Shown here: in pieces, positions 50,686 through 59,712 of the stretch | How positions within the stretch are numbered: position 1 is the first letter of the stretch | Layout of the letters: each line of letters opens with the position of its first letter | Origin: a virus | Reading direction: 5' to 3' (one strand) | Length of the DNA stretch: 64,000 nucleotides | Virus record (IMG/VR): IMGVR_UViG_3300005439_000019 | Coordinates: 9,805-73,804 of that record | Notes under the pieces: model-generated | The model's database searches: none | The model's input: the letters and a program-made list of their open reading frames with translations, nothing else | What the model was told of the DNA's origin: nothing | Made by a program: the position numbers and the translations under genes

Positions 50686-51005
50686 CCAGGCTGGTCCGGG
50701 CTGTCGACGACTCCGACGAGTCCGAGACCGTGATGGTCCTCGGCGGGGAGCACGGCGTGGTCACCCTGCACGTCTCGCTGTGCGGGATACCGCAGGCCAT
50801 GGTGCTGCACTCGCCCCGGGAGTTCCGGGGGTGGACGAAGGCGGTGCGGTGCCTGCGCATGGAGGTGCCCTGCTGGTCGCTGTCCAGCGTCACGGGCGGG
50901 GAGATGACCGAGCTGCTGGCGCAGTACTCGATCTCAGGCGAGGAGGCGCTGTGGCGGCTGATGGAGAACGACTACAGCCTCTACCTGAGGGGTGGGCAGC
51001 GGTGA
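50682..51005 (+). CDS. hypothetical protein
   Basis: GTGA overlap; frame of track ORF 50472..51005. Confidence 0.4.
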   Translation: MTRLVRAVDDSDESETVMVLGGEHGVVTLHVSLCGIPQAMVLHSPREFRGWTKAVRCLRMEVPCWSLSSVTGGEMTELLAQYSISGEEALWRLMENDYSLYLRGGQR

Positions 51006-51214
51006 GCGGAGACATCGGCCAGGAGGACCCGCAGGGCCTGTACGACGCCGGCTGGGCGGAAGACGGCCAGGTGACGCACGTCTGGATCGAGGAGGAGCAC
51101 GAGGCGATCGTCATCGACCTCAAGTCCGAAGAAGGACAGGCGCTCCTGGCGGAGCAGCGCAGGGCGATGCTGGAGCGGGTGCGGCAGATCCTGATCGGCG
51201 GGCGCTATGGGTAG
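51002..51214 (+). CDS. hypothetical protein
   Basis: GTGA overlap; frame of track ORF 50780..51214. Confidence 0.35.
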   Translation: MSGDIGQEDPQGLYDAGWAEDGQVTHVWIEEEHEAIVIDLKSEEGQALLAEQRRAMLERVRQILIGGRYG

Positions 51215-51476
51215 GACCTTCCGGGGACGGCCGCCGGGGGAGCCGGGTTCGGGAGACGGGACGAGGGCCGCCTGGCGGGACGCCTCCTGGTACAGGAAGC
51301 CCGGGACGGCATCGAAGTACCACGTGGTGGGCGATGACAGCGGGTCGGCGTGCTCGGGGATGCCGCTGGTCCTGGAGAGCGTGAGCATCCCCGTCCGGGA
51401 CCAGACGGTCTCAGCGGGGTCGGTGGAGGAGCGCCTGCGGTGCAGGCGGCCCGGGTGCAGGGAGAGGTGGCCGTGA
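51207..51476 (+). CDS. hypothetical protein
   Basis: ORF track. Confidence 0.35.
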   Translation: MGRTFRGRPPGEPGSGDGTRAAWRDASWYRKPGTASKYHVVGDDSGSACSGMPLVLESVSIPVRDQTVSAGSVEERLRCRRPGCRERWP

Positions 51477-51823
51477 GCAGGCTGGTCCGGGGCGAGATGC
51501 GCGATGGCGAGGGCCGGGGCTTTGTCGTCGCCGGGGAGCGCGGGGCGGTCGAGATGCGGGAGTACCCGGGGTACTACTGGCGCTTCTACGTGCACTCGCC
51601 GGTCAACCGGCCTGAGGTGGCACTACGGTGCGTGCAGGCCACCTGGCGGGGCGGCAGGGAACTGCCGGGGCTGTCCCCGCACCGCTGCCGCATCCTGGAG
51701 GGCGACTGCTGGACCGGGCTGACCTACTGCGGGACCTACGACTTCGAGCGGCCCGACGTGGAGGAGGTCGTCCAGTGGGAAGCGCTGGAGGACCTCTACC
51801 GGAAGAGGCTGGAGGCCCGGTGA
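51473..51823 (+). CDS. hypothetical protein
   Basis: GTGA overlap; frame of track ORF 51350..51823. Confidence 0.4.
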   Translation: MSRLVRGEMRDGEGRGFVVAGERGAVEMREYPGYYWRFYVHSPVNRPEVALRCVQATWRGGRELPGLSPHRCRILEGDCWTGLTYCGTYDFERPDVEEVVQWEALEDLYRKRLEAR

Positions 51824-52212
51824 GCAGCGACCCGGCGGTGCTGCTGGACGTGGACGGGGTGTTCAACCTTGCCCGGTTCCGGTCGTCGAGGAACAGGGAC
51901 CGGCTGATCCGGGAGGGCTGGTTCCACCGCAGGCCCTCCGACCCGTTCGCGGGCGACCGGCTGCTGATGAACCTGCCCCGGGCGCGGGCGGCGGCGCGGG
52001 CCCTCGTGGAGACGGGAGCGGAGCTGATCTGGGGGACCACCTGGGGCGCTGCGGCCAACGACTACTTCGTGCCGCTGCTCGGGCTGCCTAAGGTGCTGCG
52101 GGTGGCCCCGGTGAACTTCGAGCTGAGCCGCAAGGCGTACACGGTGATCCCGTGGCTGGAGGGCAGGCCCTGGGCATGGCTGGAGACCAGGAGGGCGAGC
52201 TGGCGGCGGCGC
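51820..52212 (+). CDS. HAD-like hydrolase (motif I DVDGV)
   Basis: GTGA overlap; frame of track ORF 51628..52221; LLDVDGVFNLA. Confidence 0.35.
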
Positions 52213-52321
52213 ACGCGATGACGGGGCACGGGGTGCCGCACTGCCCTGTCCTGGTCAGCCCGGAGACCGGGGCGGGCGAGGAGCACGTCGCGGTGGTGGC
52301 GCAGTGGCTGGGGAGCCTGTG

Positions 52322-52504
52322 ATGCAGAGGGTGCTGCTGGCGGTCGAGGCGTTCGCGCCTGACGGCATGAGCGAGGGCGAGGCCTCGCAGGACGTGTACC
52401 TGGCGCTGCGGGCGGCGTTCGCTTCCAGGGACATGCTGGTCGAGGTCAGTCACGTCAAGACAATGATGATTGCTTCCGATTTATCAAGAAAAGCTGTATC
52501 CTGA
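52322..52504 (+). CDS. hypothetical small protein; C-terminus reads through the motif
   Basis: Track ORF 52304..52504. Confidence 0.25.
   Translation: MQRVLLAVEAFAPDGMSEGEASQDVYLALRAAFASRDMLVEVSHVKTMMIASDLSRKAVS
52481..52499 (-). promoter_or_regulatory. conserved motif (copy 8, half-site in reverse orientation)
   Basis: TTATCAAGAAAAGCTGTAT. On the plus strand, TGTATCCT plus a 7-nt spacer precedes the ATG at 52510. Confidence 0.35.
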
Positions 52505-52509
52505 CTGAC

Positions 52510-52770
52510 ATGAATACCGAAGAGGCGCAGGCGGTCCTCGACGCGAGGGCCGACGCCGAGAAGCACTTGCTGGAGCACGACGAGACACCGGAGATGTACC
52601 TCTCTAGCTCCCGTCTGGCGAGCATGGCGTCTTACGCGCGCAAGCAGACCGGGACCCCCGAGCCGGCAAAGCCGCAGAACGAGCGGGAGGCCGTGGACGA
52701 CATCCTGGAGGCCATGTTCCCGCAGACCGGCGAGGCCCTTGAGGTCCTTGCTCGGGCGGAGCTGGGATGA
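52510..52770 (+). CDS. hypothetical protein
   Basis: ORF track. Confidence 0.4.
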   Translation: MNTEEAQAVLDARADAEKHLLEHDETPEMYLSSSRLASMASYARKQTGTPEPAKPQNEREAVDDILEAMFPQTGEALEVLARAELG

Positions 52771-53114
52771 CCTCCGTCAGGTTCGGGAAGAACGGCACCT
52801 CCGTGCCCGCCATGCTCGACTGCTGGGACAACGTGATCATCGCCCAGGTGGTCACCTGCGACACCGGGGCCGAGCTAATGGCCCTCGCCGAGAGCCGCGT
52901 GGGCGGGAAGATCTGGCTGCTGACCGGGGACGAGCGCGACGCCGAGGCCATCCTGGTCAAGGTCGACGCCGGCCTCTGGGAGCTGACCTGCGTGCTGCCC
53001 GACGGGAACTGCCCCTGGTGCGGCACCCCGCTTAACGCCGACGACCAGCACGAGAACGCCGTCATCGGCTCAGCGTGCGACAGGAACCACCCGAAGCCGC
53101 AGGAGGACGAGTGA
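52767..53114 (+). CDS. hypothetical protein with CPWCG zinc ribbon
   Basis: ORF track. Confidence 0.4.
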   Translation: MTSVRFGKNGTSVPAMLDCWDNVIIAQVVTCDTGAELMALAESRVGGKIWLLTGDERDAEAILVKVDAGLWELTCVLPDGNCPWCGTPLNADDQHENAVIGSACDRNHPKPQEDE

Positions 53115-53344
53115 AGCTCGCAGTCAGCTCCGCCGAGGCGGCGGTCGCCGTCATCGACTGGGAAGGCCCGCTCCCCCGCAAGGGCGATTACATCGAGGTG
53201 CCGGGGTCCGACGGGCACGACCCGCTGGTCCCCGGTCACCTGCGCGCCGTGCTGTACGTCGTGTGGCACTTCCTGGGCGAGAAGCCGGAGGGCGGGCTCT
53301 ACGGCCCGGCCCAGGAGCCGTACGCCGAGGTGATGATCTCGTGA
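53111..53344 (+). CDS. small protein, tandem paralogue A
   Basis: GTGA overlap; AVIDWEGPLPRKGDYIEVPG...EPYAEVMIS. Confidence 0.35.
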   Translation: MKLAVSSAEAAVAVIDWEGPLPRKGDYIEVPGSDGHDPLVPGHLRAVLYVVWHFLGEKPEGGLYGPAQEPYAEVMIS

Positions 53345-53589
53345 GGCTGATCATCAGCACAGGCAACGGGGAGCACCCCGTCGCGGTGGTCGACGACTAC
53401 CAGGGGCCGGTGCCCCGCGCCGGCGACTCGATCCACTACCCGCAGGACGGCGAACCCTCTCCGGGCGTGTGCCTCGACGGCTTCATGACGGTGCGCGCCG
53501 TGATGTGGGGAATCGTCGCGCGGGACCCGTGCAGGGTGCGGGGCTGGATGGTCGGGGCCGAGGAGCCGTTCGTCGAGGTGATCGTGTGA
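53341..53589 (+). CDS. small protein, tandem paralogue B
   Basis: GTGA overlap; AVVDDYQGPVPRAGDSIHYPQ...EPFVEVIV. Confidence 0.35.
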   Translation: MRLIISTGNGEHPVAVVDDYQGPVPRAGDSIHYPQDGEPSPGVCLDGFMTVRAVMWGIVARDPCRVRGWMVGAEEPFVEVIV

Positions 53590-53828
53590 GCAAGTGGCAC
53601 GAGGGCCAGAAGGTCCGGGTGGTCGAGTGCGTGGACGCCACCAGGAAGCCGAAGGAAGGCGGGGAAGCGTACCCGGCCGAGGTGCTGCGGGTCGTCGGCC
53701 CGTACGTGATCGCCGACATCCCCGCCCTCGGCGAGGTCGCCTCGTTCTGGGTGCAGTCCGGGTGGACCGCCTGGGACGCGATGTTCAGGTGGCGGCTCAT
53801 GCCGCTTGAGGAGAAGGGGCAGGGATAA
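53586..53828 (+). CDS. hypothetical protein
   Basis: GTGA overlap; frame of track ORF 53469..53828. Confidence 0.35.
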   Translation: MSKWHEGQKVRVVECVDATRKPKEGGEAYPAEVLRVVGPYVIADIPALGEVASFWVQSGWTAWDAMFRWRLMPLEEKGQG

Positions 53829-54076
53829 TGGGCATCTTCAGGCAGGAGTACCCGGCGGGTCACCCCAACGGGAAGGTCTACTCGCTGGTCTACGAGGACG
53901 GCGAGCCTTACACCTTCCGGCAGGCAGGCCAGGACCCGATCCGGGAGTGGAACCTGGCCTCGGCCGTCATGTGGGCCAACCACGTGACGAGCGACGGCGG
54001 GGGAACGCTCAGCGTCGTCGACCCCGACACCCGGGCAGTGCTGTGGGTCGGCGAGATGAGCACGAGGTCCCGATGA
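53828..54076 (+). CDS. hypothetical protein
   Basis: ORF track. Confidence 0.4.
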   Translation: MGIFRQEYPAGHPNGKVYSLVYEDGEPYTFRQAGQDPIREWNLASAVMWANHVTSDGGGTLSVVDPDTRAVLWVGEMSTRSR

Positions 54077-54402
54077 CCCTCCCGGCGATGGCAGGCGACA
54101 GGTGCCTGGTGGTGCAGACGGACCCTGGCAGCGGCGAGCCCGTGGAGGGCGGCCACGTGATCGAGGCGACGTGCGCCCGGTTCCTACTCAACGGCGACGT
54201 CGAGGTCACCCACGGCCACATGGACGAGGCGCTGCGAGGCACCTGGATTCCGATGCGCTTCGACGGGTCGGACGGCTACAACACGGCCGGCTGGGAGCGC
54301 TCCTGGCGGCTGATGATCCCCGGGGACCCCGGGGCATGGCGGCCGGGCGACCCGGTGCCGGACGCGCCGGGGCACGGCTACTGGGAGAAGGGGGACTACT
54401 GA
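54073..54402 (+). CDS. hypothetical protein
   Basis: ATGA overlap; frame of track ORF 53806..54402. Confidence 0.4.
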   Translation: MTLPAMAGDRCLVVQTDPGSGEPVEGGHVIEATCARFLLNGDVEVTHGHMDEALRGTWIPMRFDGSDGYNTAGWERSWRLMIPGDPGAWRPGDPVPDAPGHGYWEKGDY

Positions 54403-54740
54403 TGATGACGCTGCTCGTCATCGCGGCTTCGTGGATCGCCGCAGACCTCGTTCACAGCGTGGCCACCCTCGGGAAGACCGTGAGGATCACCCGGAGGTAC
54501 GCGGTCGTCAGCGTGACGGAGGACCTCGGCCTGGCCGCCGTCTACGCCGTCACGGCCCAAGCCGCGCACCAGTGGTGGCTGTACCTGGCCACCGGGCTCC
54601 TCGCGGTATCCGCCCCGGTCATGATCCTCGGTTACGGCAAGGCGTTCACGAGGACGCGCCTCCTGGTTGCAAGTCAGGTGGCCCTCGACGTCGTGCTGAT
54701 CGCCCTGCTGGCCGGCGCGGCTGACCACCTGGGGCACTAA
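54402..54740 (+). CDS. membrane protein (3 TM)
   Basis: Frame of track ORF 54102..54740 from MMTLLVIAASW. Confidence 0.4.
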   Translation: MMTLLVIAASWIAADLVHSVATLGKTVRITRRYAVVSVTEDLGLAAVYAVTAQAAHQWWLYLATGLLAVSAPVMILGYGKAFTRTRLLVASQVALDVVLIALLAGAADHLGH

Positions 54741-54994
54741 TGGACGCCACCGAGTTCAGCGCCCAGATGCGGCGGGGCTACTCCTCCAAGGCGGACGCCT
54801 GCCGGGACAAGACCCACCGCTCGTCGTGGGGCGTCATGGTCCGCCTCGGCAACTACAGCGCGTTCAACGGCTACCACTTCACCCCCAGCGATTACTCGCT
54901 GGTCAGGTGCGGGCACCCAGGATGCGGGCGGATGTGGCGGACGAAGGCGTCCTATGTGAGCGAGCTGCCGGACCTGACCAGGGAGAGAGGGTGA
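54740..54994 (+). CDS. hypothetical protein
   Basis: ORF track. Confidence 0.4.
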   Translation: MDATEFSAQMRRGYSSKADACRDKTHRSSWGVMVRLGNYSAFNGYHFTPSDYSLVRCGHPGCGRMWRTKASYVSELPDLTRERG

Positions 54995-54999
54995 GCGGC

Positions 55000-55368
55000 A
55001 TGACGGACACTGAGGCCCGGACCGTGCTGCGCGCCGTCGCCGGGTACGAGTGGCCGGTCACCGCAGCCGAGACCGCGCGGATGACCGGGCTGTCCCGGCA
55101 GACGACAGCCGGGATGATGGCCGAGCTGGCGCGCCAGGGGCTGCTGAGCAGGGCCAGGCAGGAGTCGCGCTCCTCCTACACCGTCACCGAGACGGGGCGG
55201 GCCGAGCTGGAGCAGAACAAGACGACGGTCCTGGCGGTGGAGGTGGACGACCGGCTGGCCGCTGAGGTCATGGCCTACCTCCAGTCCGTCAACGGGGTGG
55301 AGATGGTCTACGAGCACGGCAACGGCTGCTGCTGCAAGAACTGCCCCTGGCGGGGGAACCACGGGTGA
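55000..55368 (+). CDS. winged-helix transcriptional regulator-like protein with C-terminal Cys cluster
   Basis: Frame of track ORF 54826..55368; MTGLSRQTTAGMMAELARQGLL; CCCKNCPW. Confidence 0.4.
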   Translation: MTDTEARTVLRAVAGYEWPVTAAETARMTGLSRQTTAGMMAELARQGLLSRARQESRSSYTVTETGRAELEQNKTTVLAVEVDDRLAAEVMAYLQSVNGVEMVYEHGNGCCCKNCPWRGNHG

Positions 55369-55583
55369 GCACCGCCGACCTGGCCAGGGAGAAGGCCCTC
55401 AGCGCGCTCAGGCTCAACCGGGAGGCGGAAGACCTGATCGCCATGGCCCGCAGGCTGCCCTGGTGGCGGCCGGGCACCCGGCTGGCCCTTGTCAACGAGG
55501 CTGAGGACCTCCTCCTGGAGGCCGACTCGCTGACCGCCGAGAGCTTCCTGCTGACCGCCATCGCCCTGCGAGGCCAGCGGTAA
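55365..55583 (+). CDS. hypothetical protein
   Basis: ORF track. Confidence 0.35.
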   Translation: MSTADLAREKALSALRLNREAEDLIAMARRLPWWRPGTRLALVNEAEDLLLEADSLTAESFLLTAIALRGQR

Positions 55584-55804
55584 TGGCGGGCGGCGTGGCG
55601 AGGAACGTCACCCCCGGCGACGTGCGCGAGCAGGTGCGCCGGATCGGGGCGTACTCGGCGCACGCCGGGGCGACGGCGCACGCCATGGAGGACCAGCTCT
55701 ACCTGGCGGTGCTCGCCGCCATCGCCCAGGGAGCGCCGCAGGCGGCGGAGCTGGCCCAGGCGGCGCTGATGACCAGGGGCTACGAGTTCGAGAGGTACAC
55801 GTAA
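55583..55804 (+). CDS. hypothetical protein
   Basis: ORF track. Confidence 0.35.
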   Translation: MAGGVARNVTPGDVREQVRRIGAYSAHAGATAHAMEDQLYLAVLAAIAQGAPQAAELAQAALMTRGYEFERYT

Positions 55805-55806
55805 CG

Positions 55807-55989
55807 ATGGACAGGTGCCAGGGATGCGGGGCCGGGGACCCGGAGTTCTCGCTGGAGCCCGATGACGGCGCGGAGGTCCTATCATGCGCGGGGTGCCTCG
55901 CCGCGATCGTCACCAGGCTGTTCGACGACGGCTCCGTCATCGCTCCCGCCTGGGGGATGAAGGTCTACGACGTCAGGCCGCACACGTGA
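55807..55989 (+). CDS. hypothetical small Cys protein
   Basis: ORF track. Confidence 0.35.
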   Translation: MDRCQGCGAGDPEFSLEPDDGAEVLSCAGCLAAIVTRLFDDGSVIAPAWGMKVYDVRPHT

Positions 55990-56180
55990 TGACGGGCGAG
56001 GACGGCGCGCAGGAGACTGCGGAGGCGGACCCGGCCGCGAAGCGCCGCGAGATCAACCGGCGCTACAACACCAGCCGCAAGGGGCAGAAGCGCAACAAGC
56101 GCTACGAGGACAAGCACCCTGAGCGGGCGCTTCGGTGGGAGAAGGCGCGCAACGCAATGAGGCCGGGAGGAGCGCCGTGA
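55986..56180 (+). CDS. hypothetical basic protein
   Basis: GTGA overlap; frame of track ORF 55884..56180. Confidence 0.3.
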   Translation: MMTGEDGAQETAEADPAAKRREINRRYNTSRKGQKRNKRYEDKHPERALRWEKARNAMRPGGAP

Positions 56181-56386
56181 GCGCAGTAGAGTCAGCGACC
56201 GCCGGGGACGGCTACGAGGTCCGGGCGGGCACCGAGGTGGTGGCCGACGGCCCGGACCACTACGGGGTCGTCGCCGGCCTGGCGGAGGAGGACGGCCGCG
56301 TCGTGGCGGCGGTCATGTGCGAGGACGACGTGCTGCGCGGCTACGACGTGGAGGACCTGAGCGTCTTCACTGTGCAGCACGGCTGA
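56177..56386 (+). CDS. hypothetical acidic protein
   Basis: GTGA overlap; frame of track ORF 56135..56386. Confidence 0.3.
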   Translation: MSAVESATAGDGYEVRAGTEVVADGPDHYGVVAGLAEEDGRVVAAVMCEDDVLRGYDVEDLSVFTVQHG

Positions 56387-56561
56387 CGGGGTGCTCCGTT
56401 ACCTGGTTTCATTGGCAACGTGAAGCCGAGCGAGGACCTCCGGGAGTGCGGCCGGGCCGGGTGCGGCCACCAGCGCCGCGTCCATGACCACTACACGCAC
56501 TCGACCTATTGCAGCACGACCGGGTGCCTGTGCCGGAAATGGCACCGGCCCCGTAGAGGAA

Positions 56562-56582
56562 ATACAGGCTTTGTTGATATCC
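56562..56582 (+). promoter_or_regulatory. conserved promoter/operator motif (copy 9, degenerate)
   Basis: ATACAGGCTTTGTTGATATCC upstream of a GGAAGGGAG SD and the ATG at 56621. Confidence 0.4.
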
Positions 56583-56620
56583 TCTTGCTGATATCGGGGC
56601 ACGAGGAAGGGAGCCTGAGC

Positions 56621-56860
56621 ATGACGAGGAAGTGGCGGGTCATCATCGCGGGATGGGCCAGGGGGCCGGGAATCAACGCGATGTACGAGCTGTGGCTCGG
56701 CCTGACGTACGAGCCGTGGCGGCTGGTGCCGCACCTGCGGAGCCCGAGGAGGATTCCGGCAGGCGACGGGTACGAGTGCTCCTTCTGCGGGTCGCGCTCG
56801 GCGCGGGTCCAGGCCAAGGGACAGCGCAAGGCCGAGGCGATCCGGAGGCAGTTCGCATGA
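56621..56860 (+). CDS. hypothetical protein with CSFCG zinc ribbon
   Basis: Internal ATG of track ORF 56420..56860, after the SD. Confidence 0.4.
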   Translation: MTRKWRVIIAGWARGPGINAMYELWLGLTYEPWRLVPHLRSPRRIPAGDGYECSFCGSRSARVQAKGQRKAEAIRRQFA

Positions 56861-57789
56861 GCGAGGAACCAGGCAGGTACGCGGCACCCCAGGTGCAGGC
56901 GTCCCTGAGGGAAGACCCCGACCGGGGCGGCCTGGTCGTCGGGGTGCACACCGAGTACCCGAACAGCAAGGGCATGCCGTACGAGCGGCACGTGCCGAAC
57001 CTGGAGGCGGCCCTCGGCTACATCGGGACGTTCTGGCGCAACTCGGCCCCCGGCCGGGACGCGGCCGTGCCGCCCGCCGAGGGCATCGAGTGGGGCTACA
57101 GGTACAAGGCCCCCAGGACGCGCCAGGTCAGGGAGTACCAGTCGGACAACAGGGCCGAGGCCGAGCGCACCGTCCGCGAGTTCGCCGAGGACGGCGAGAA
57201 GAACCGCTGCGACTGGGAGGCCGGGGTCATCTGGCGAACGGCGGCGGTGAAGCCCGGCGAGTGGCACAGCCTGAAGCTGACGGTCACCGACACCCTGGAG
57301 AAGGTCGCGGAGGCCGGGGAGGACGGCGAGGCCGTCACCCCGCAGGTGCTGTCCGACCTGATGTCCCTGGCCGGCGGCACGGTCATCCCGCCGGAGGTGA
57401 TCGCCACCTGGACGGACGGGGAGCGCGAGCAGGCGGCCCAGTGGGCTGCGGCCGAGCACCTGAGCGCCTCCGACAACCCGGTGATCCGGGTGCCGCAGCC
57501 GGAGGTGGTGCGGCGCGCCGCCGAGATCTGCGCCAGCCCGGCCCTCGCCCAGCTCGCCGTCGAGTCGTGGCGCGATGCGGGACGGCGGCTGGAGGAGTCC
57601 GGGTTCACGTTCGACGACGAGAGCGCGCACGCCCTGGCGGTAGCCGGGCAGGACGCCATCACCGGGCTGCTGGTGCTGCTGAGGACCGCAGGGGGACCGG
57701 GGCAGTTCACCAGCGAGCAGATGGCGGCCACCTACCGCGCCGGGTACGTCAAGGCCCGCCAGGACGCGGTGACCGAGGAGCCGCTGTGA
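56857..57789 (+). CDS. hypothetical protein (310 aa)
   Basis: ATGA overlap; frame of track ORF 56632..57789. Confidence 0.45.
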   Translation: MSEEPGRYAAPQVQASLREDPDRGGLVVGVHTEYPNSKGMPYERHVPNLEAALGYIGTFWRNSAPGRDAAVPPAEGIEWGYRYKAPRTRQVREYQSDNRAEAERTVREFAEDGEKNRCDWEAGVIWRTAAVKPGEWHSLKLTVTDTLEKVAEAGEDGEAVTPQVLSDLMSLAGGTVIPPEVIATWTDGEREQAAQWAAAEHLSASDNPVIRVPQPEVVRRAAEICASPALAQLAVESWRDAGRRLEESGFTFDDESAHALAVAGQDAITGLLVLLRTAGGPGQFTSEQMAATYRAGYVKARQDAVTEEPL

Positions 57790-58148
57790 GCACGATGACC
57801 CTGGAGGAGATCCTCGACGTGATCGTCCTGATGGACGCGCACCTGGACAGCGCCGCCAGCCCGGACTATCAGGCGCAGCCGCTCGCCCAGGACTGGGCGC
57901 GGGTCACCAAGCCGTGCGAGGAGGCCGGGGAGGCGTGGCAGGCGTTCAGCCGGCTCACCGGGGAGAACCCCCGCAAGGGGAAGTGCGGCACCCTGGACGA
58001 GGTGCTCGGCGAGCTGGGCGACACGGCCGCGTCCGCGCTGATGGCGGTCCAGCACCTGGTGAAGGACCGGCAGCGGGTACTGGAGGTCCTGTCCGCCGCG
58101 ATGGAGAAGGCGCGTGCACGCGCCCTGGCCGGCGGGATAGCGCCGTGA
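57786..58148 (+). CDS. MazG-like nucleotide pyrophosphohydrolase
   Basis: GTGA overlap; frame of track ORF 57090..58148; EEAGEAWQA...LDEVLGELGDTAASALMAVQHL pattern. Confidence 0.4.
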   Translation: MSTMTLEEILDVIVLMDAHLDSAASPDYQAQPLAQDWARVTKPCEEAGEAWQAFSRLTGENPRKGKCGTLDEVLGELGDTAASALMAVQHLVKDRQRVLEVLSAAMEKARARALAGGIAP

Positions 58149-58360
58149 TCAGCCGGGCGGCGCTGTGGTACACCGCCCCCGTGCTGCTGACCGGCATGGC
58201 GGCGGCCCTGGCCTCGGAGCTGTTCGCAGGCTGGCTGGGGGACACGCTGCTGATCGCCGGGTGCGCCCTGCTGCTTCCCTGCTGCGCCGCGATGGCGGTG
58301 GCGTGCGGCCTGGACGCCGTGACCGGGTGGCGCAGGGAGCGCGAGAGGAGCAGGCAGTGA
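58145..58360 (+). CDS. small membrane protein
   Basis: GTGA overlap; frame of track ORF 57914..58360. Confidence 0.3.
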   Translation: MISRAALWYTAPVLLTGMAAALASELFAGWLGDTLLIAGCALLLPCCAAMAVACGLDAVTGWRRERERSRQ

Positions 58361-58563
58361 AGACAACAGCCACGCACAAGTGCCCCGGGCCGGGGTGCGA
58401 GGAGCAGATCGCCGTCGGCAAGCTGATGTGCGGGCCGCACTGGGACGAGGTGCCTGCCCCCTTGCAGGCGGAGGTGTACGCGGCCTGGGACCGGGGACGG
58501 GGCCGGGGCTCGCTGCGGCACCTGCAAGCTGTCCGGGCGGCGATCGAGGCGGTGCGTCCCTGA
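58357..58563 (+). CDS. small zinc-finger protein
   Basis: GTGA overlap; CPGPGCEEQ...CGPHW. Confidence 0.35.
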   Translation: MKTTATHKCPGPGCEEQIAVGKLMCGPHWDEVPAPLQAEVYAAWDRGRGRGSLRHLQAVRAAIEAVRP

Positions 58564-59351
58564 TGCGCGGCCGGGCGATGGTGAAGCCGGCCCTCAAAGG
58601 GCTCGCGGTGTCGGCGGCGACCATCCCGCCGCTGATGCTGCCCGAGCCAGGCTGGGCGATCTGGGCGCTGAACTTCATCGGGGCCGGGGCGTTCTACATG
58701 AGCGCCGTCACCCTGGCGGTGCTGTTCCTGTGGAACGTCCTGCACCCCGACACCGAGGAGCGCGACGCGCGGCTGGAGGCGGCGCGGGAGCACCAGCGGA
58801 TGATCATGGAGCACGCCAGTCCCCGGGCGGCCAGGACGCAGTGGGAGCGCGCGGTCCTGGAGGCGCGGCGGGCCGGGACGTTCAGCCTCAACGGGGTGCG
58901 GCAGCCGGGGACGACGCTGCGCTATCCCGGGCGCGACGTGACCTGGACCTACGATGAGATCGTCACGGCGGCGGGACGGGAGTGGGAGGCCAGGCACTAC
59001 GGGCCGCAGCCGCCGGGGTCGGTGCTGCGCTACCCCGGGCCGCCTCCCGTCTACACGCCGCCCGGCGGGTTCGAGGTGGTGATCCACGTCGAGCTGCGGG
59101 CCGAGCCGAAGATGATCCACGGCAGGGGCGGGCCGCTGAGCCCGGACCACGGCTGGACCTGCGAGGAGTGCGGCGAGCCGGTCACCGAGGGCCGTCGCTT
59201 CTGCCGGCCGTGTCTCACTCACGGGATGCCCGGGTACAACGCGCCCGAGCCGCACTCCGGGACCTGCGACCGCTGCGGGAAGCAGACCGGCATGTGCATG
59301 CGGGCCGGGGAGGGCCACCTGCACTACTGCTACGGCTGCGCGTACGGCTGA
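58563..59351 (+). CDS. membrane-anchored protein with C-terminal Cys-rich domain
   Basis: Frame of track ORF 58380..59351; TGATG overlap; four CxxC pairs at the C-terminus. Confidence 0.4.
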   Translation: MRGRAMVKPALKGLAVSAATIPPLMLPEPGWAIWALNFIGAGAFYMSAVTLAVLFLWNVLHPDTEERDARLEAAREHQRMIMEHASPRAARTQWERAVLEARRAGTFSLNGVRQPGTTLRYPGRDVTWTYDEIVTAAGREWEARHYGPQPPGSVLRYPGPPPVYTPPGGFEVVIHVELRAEPKMIHGRGGPLSPDHGWTCEECGEPVTEGRRFCRPCLTHGMPGYNAPEPHSGTCDRCGKQTGMCMRAGEGHLHYCYGCAYG

Positions 59352-59444
59352 CCGCAGGATCTTCACTTCACCTTCGAACCACCTCAACACTTCATCCTGC
59401 TCAATCCGCTTTAAACAGGAAAACCTTCACTGGAGGAGAGAGAA

Positions 59445-59711
59445 ATGACCGCAGTCGCCGACGAGATCACCGTCCCCGAGGGCCACGGGCTCATGCACGA
59501 GCTGGACAAGACCGGGGACACCCGCGTCATGTGGGACCGGGGCAACAGCGACGAGGTGGCCGCCGCCCGCAGGCAGTTCGACGACCTGACCGGCAAGGGG
59601 TACCTCGCTTACAAGGCCGAGGGCAAGGACGGCCACCAGGGGAGGCAGATCCGCAGGTTCGACCCCGAGGCCGAGCGGATCATCCTGGTCAAGCAGCTCG
59701 TCGGCGGCTGA
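59445..59711 (+). CDS. hypothetical protein with strong SD
   Basis: ORF track; GGAGGAGAGAGAAATG; preceded by a low-GC region with TTCAC repeats. Confidence 0.45.
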   Translation: MTAVADEITVPEGHGLMHELDKTGDTRVMWDRGNSDEVAAARRQFDDLTGKGYLAYKAEGKDGHQGRQIRRFDPEAERIILVKQLVGG

Positions 59712-59712
59712 C

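Noticed and set aside
56420-56620. Upstream Cys/His-rich reading frame (MKPSEDLRECGRAGCGHQRRVHDHY...) in frame with 56621..56860
   Set aside because: There is no intervening stop, but the frame traverses the AT-rich promoter motif with low GC3. More likely a separate short upstream peptide or non-coding than a single 146-aa protein; left unannotated.
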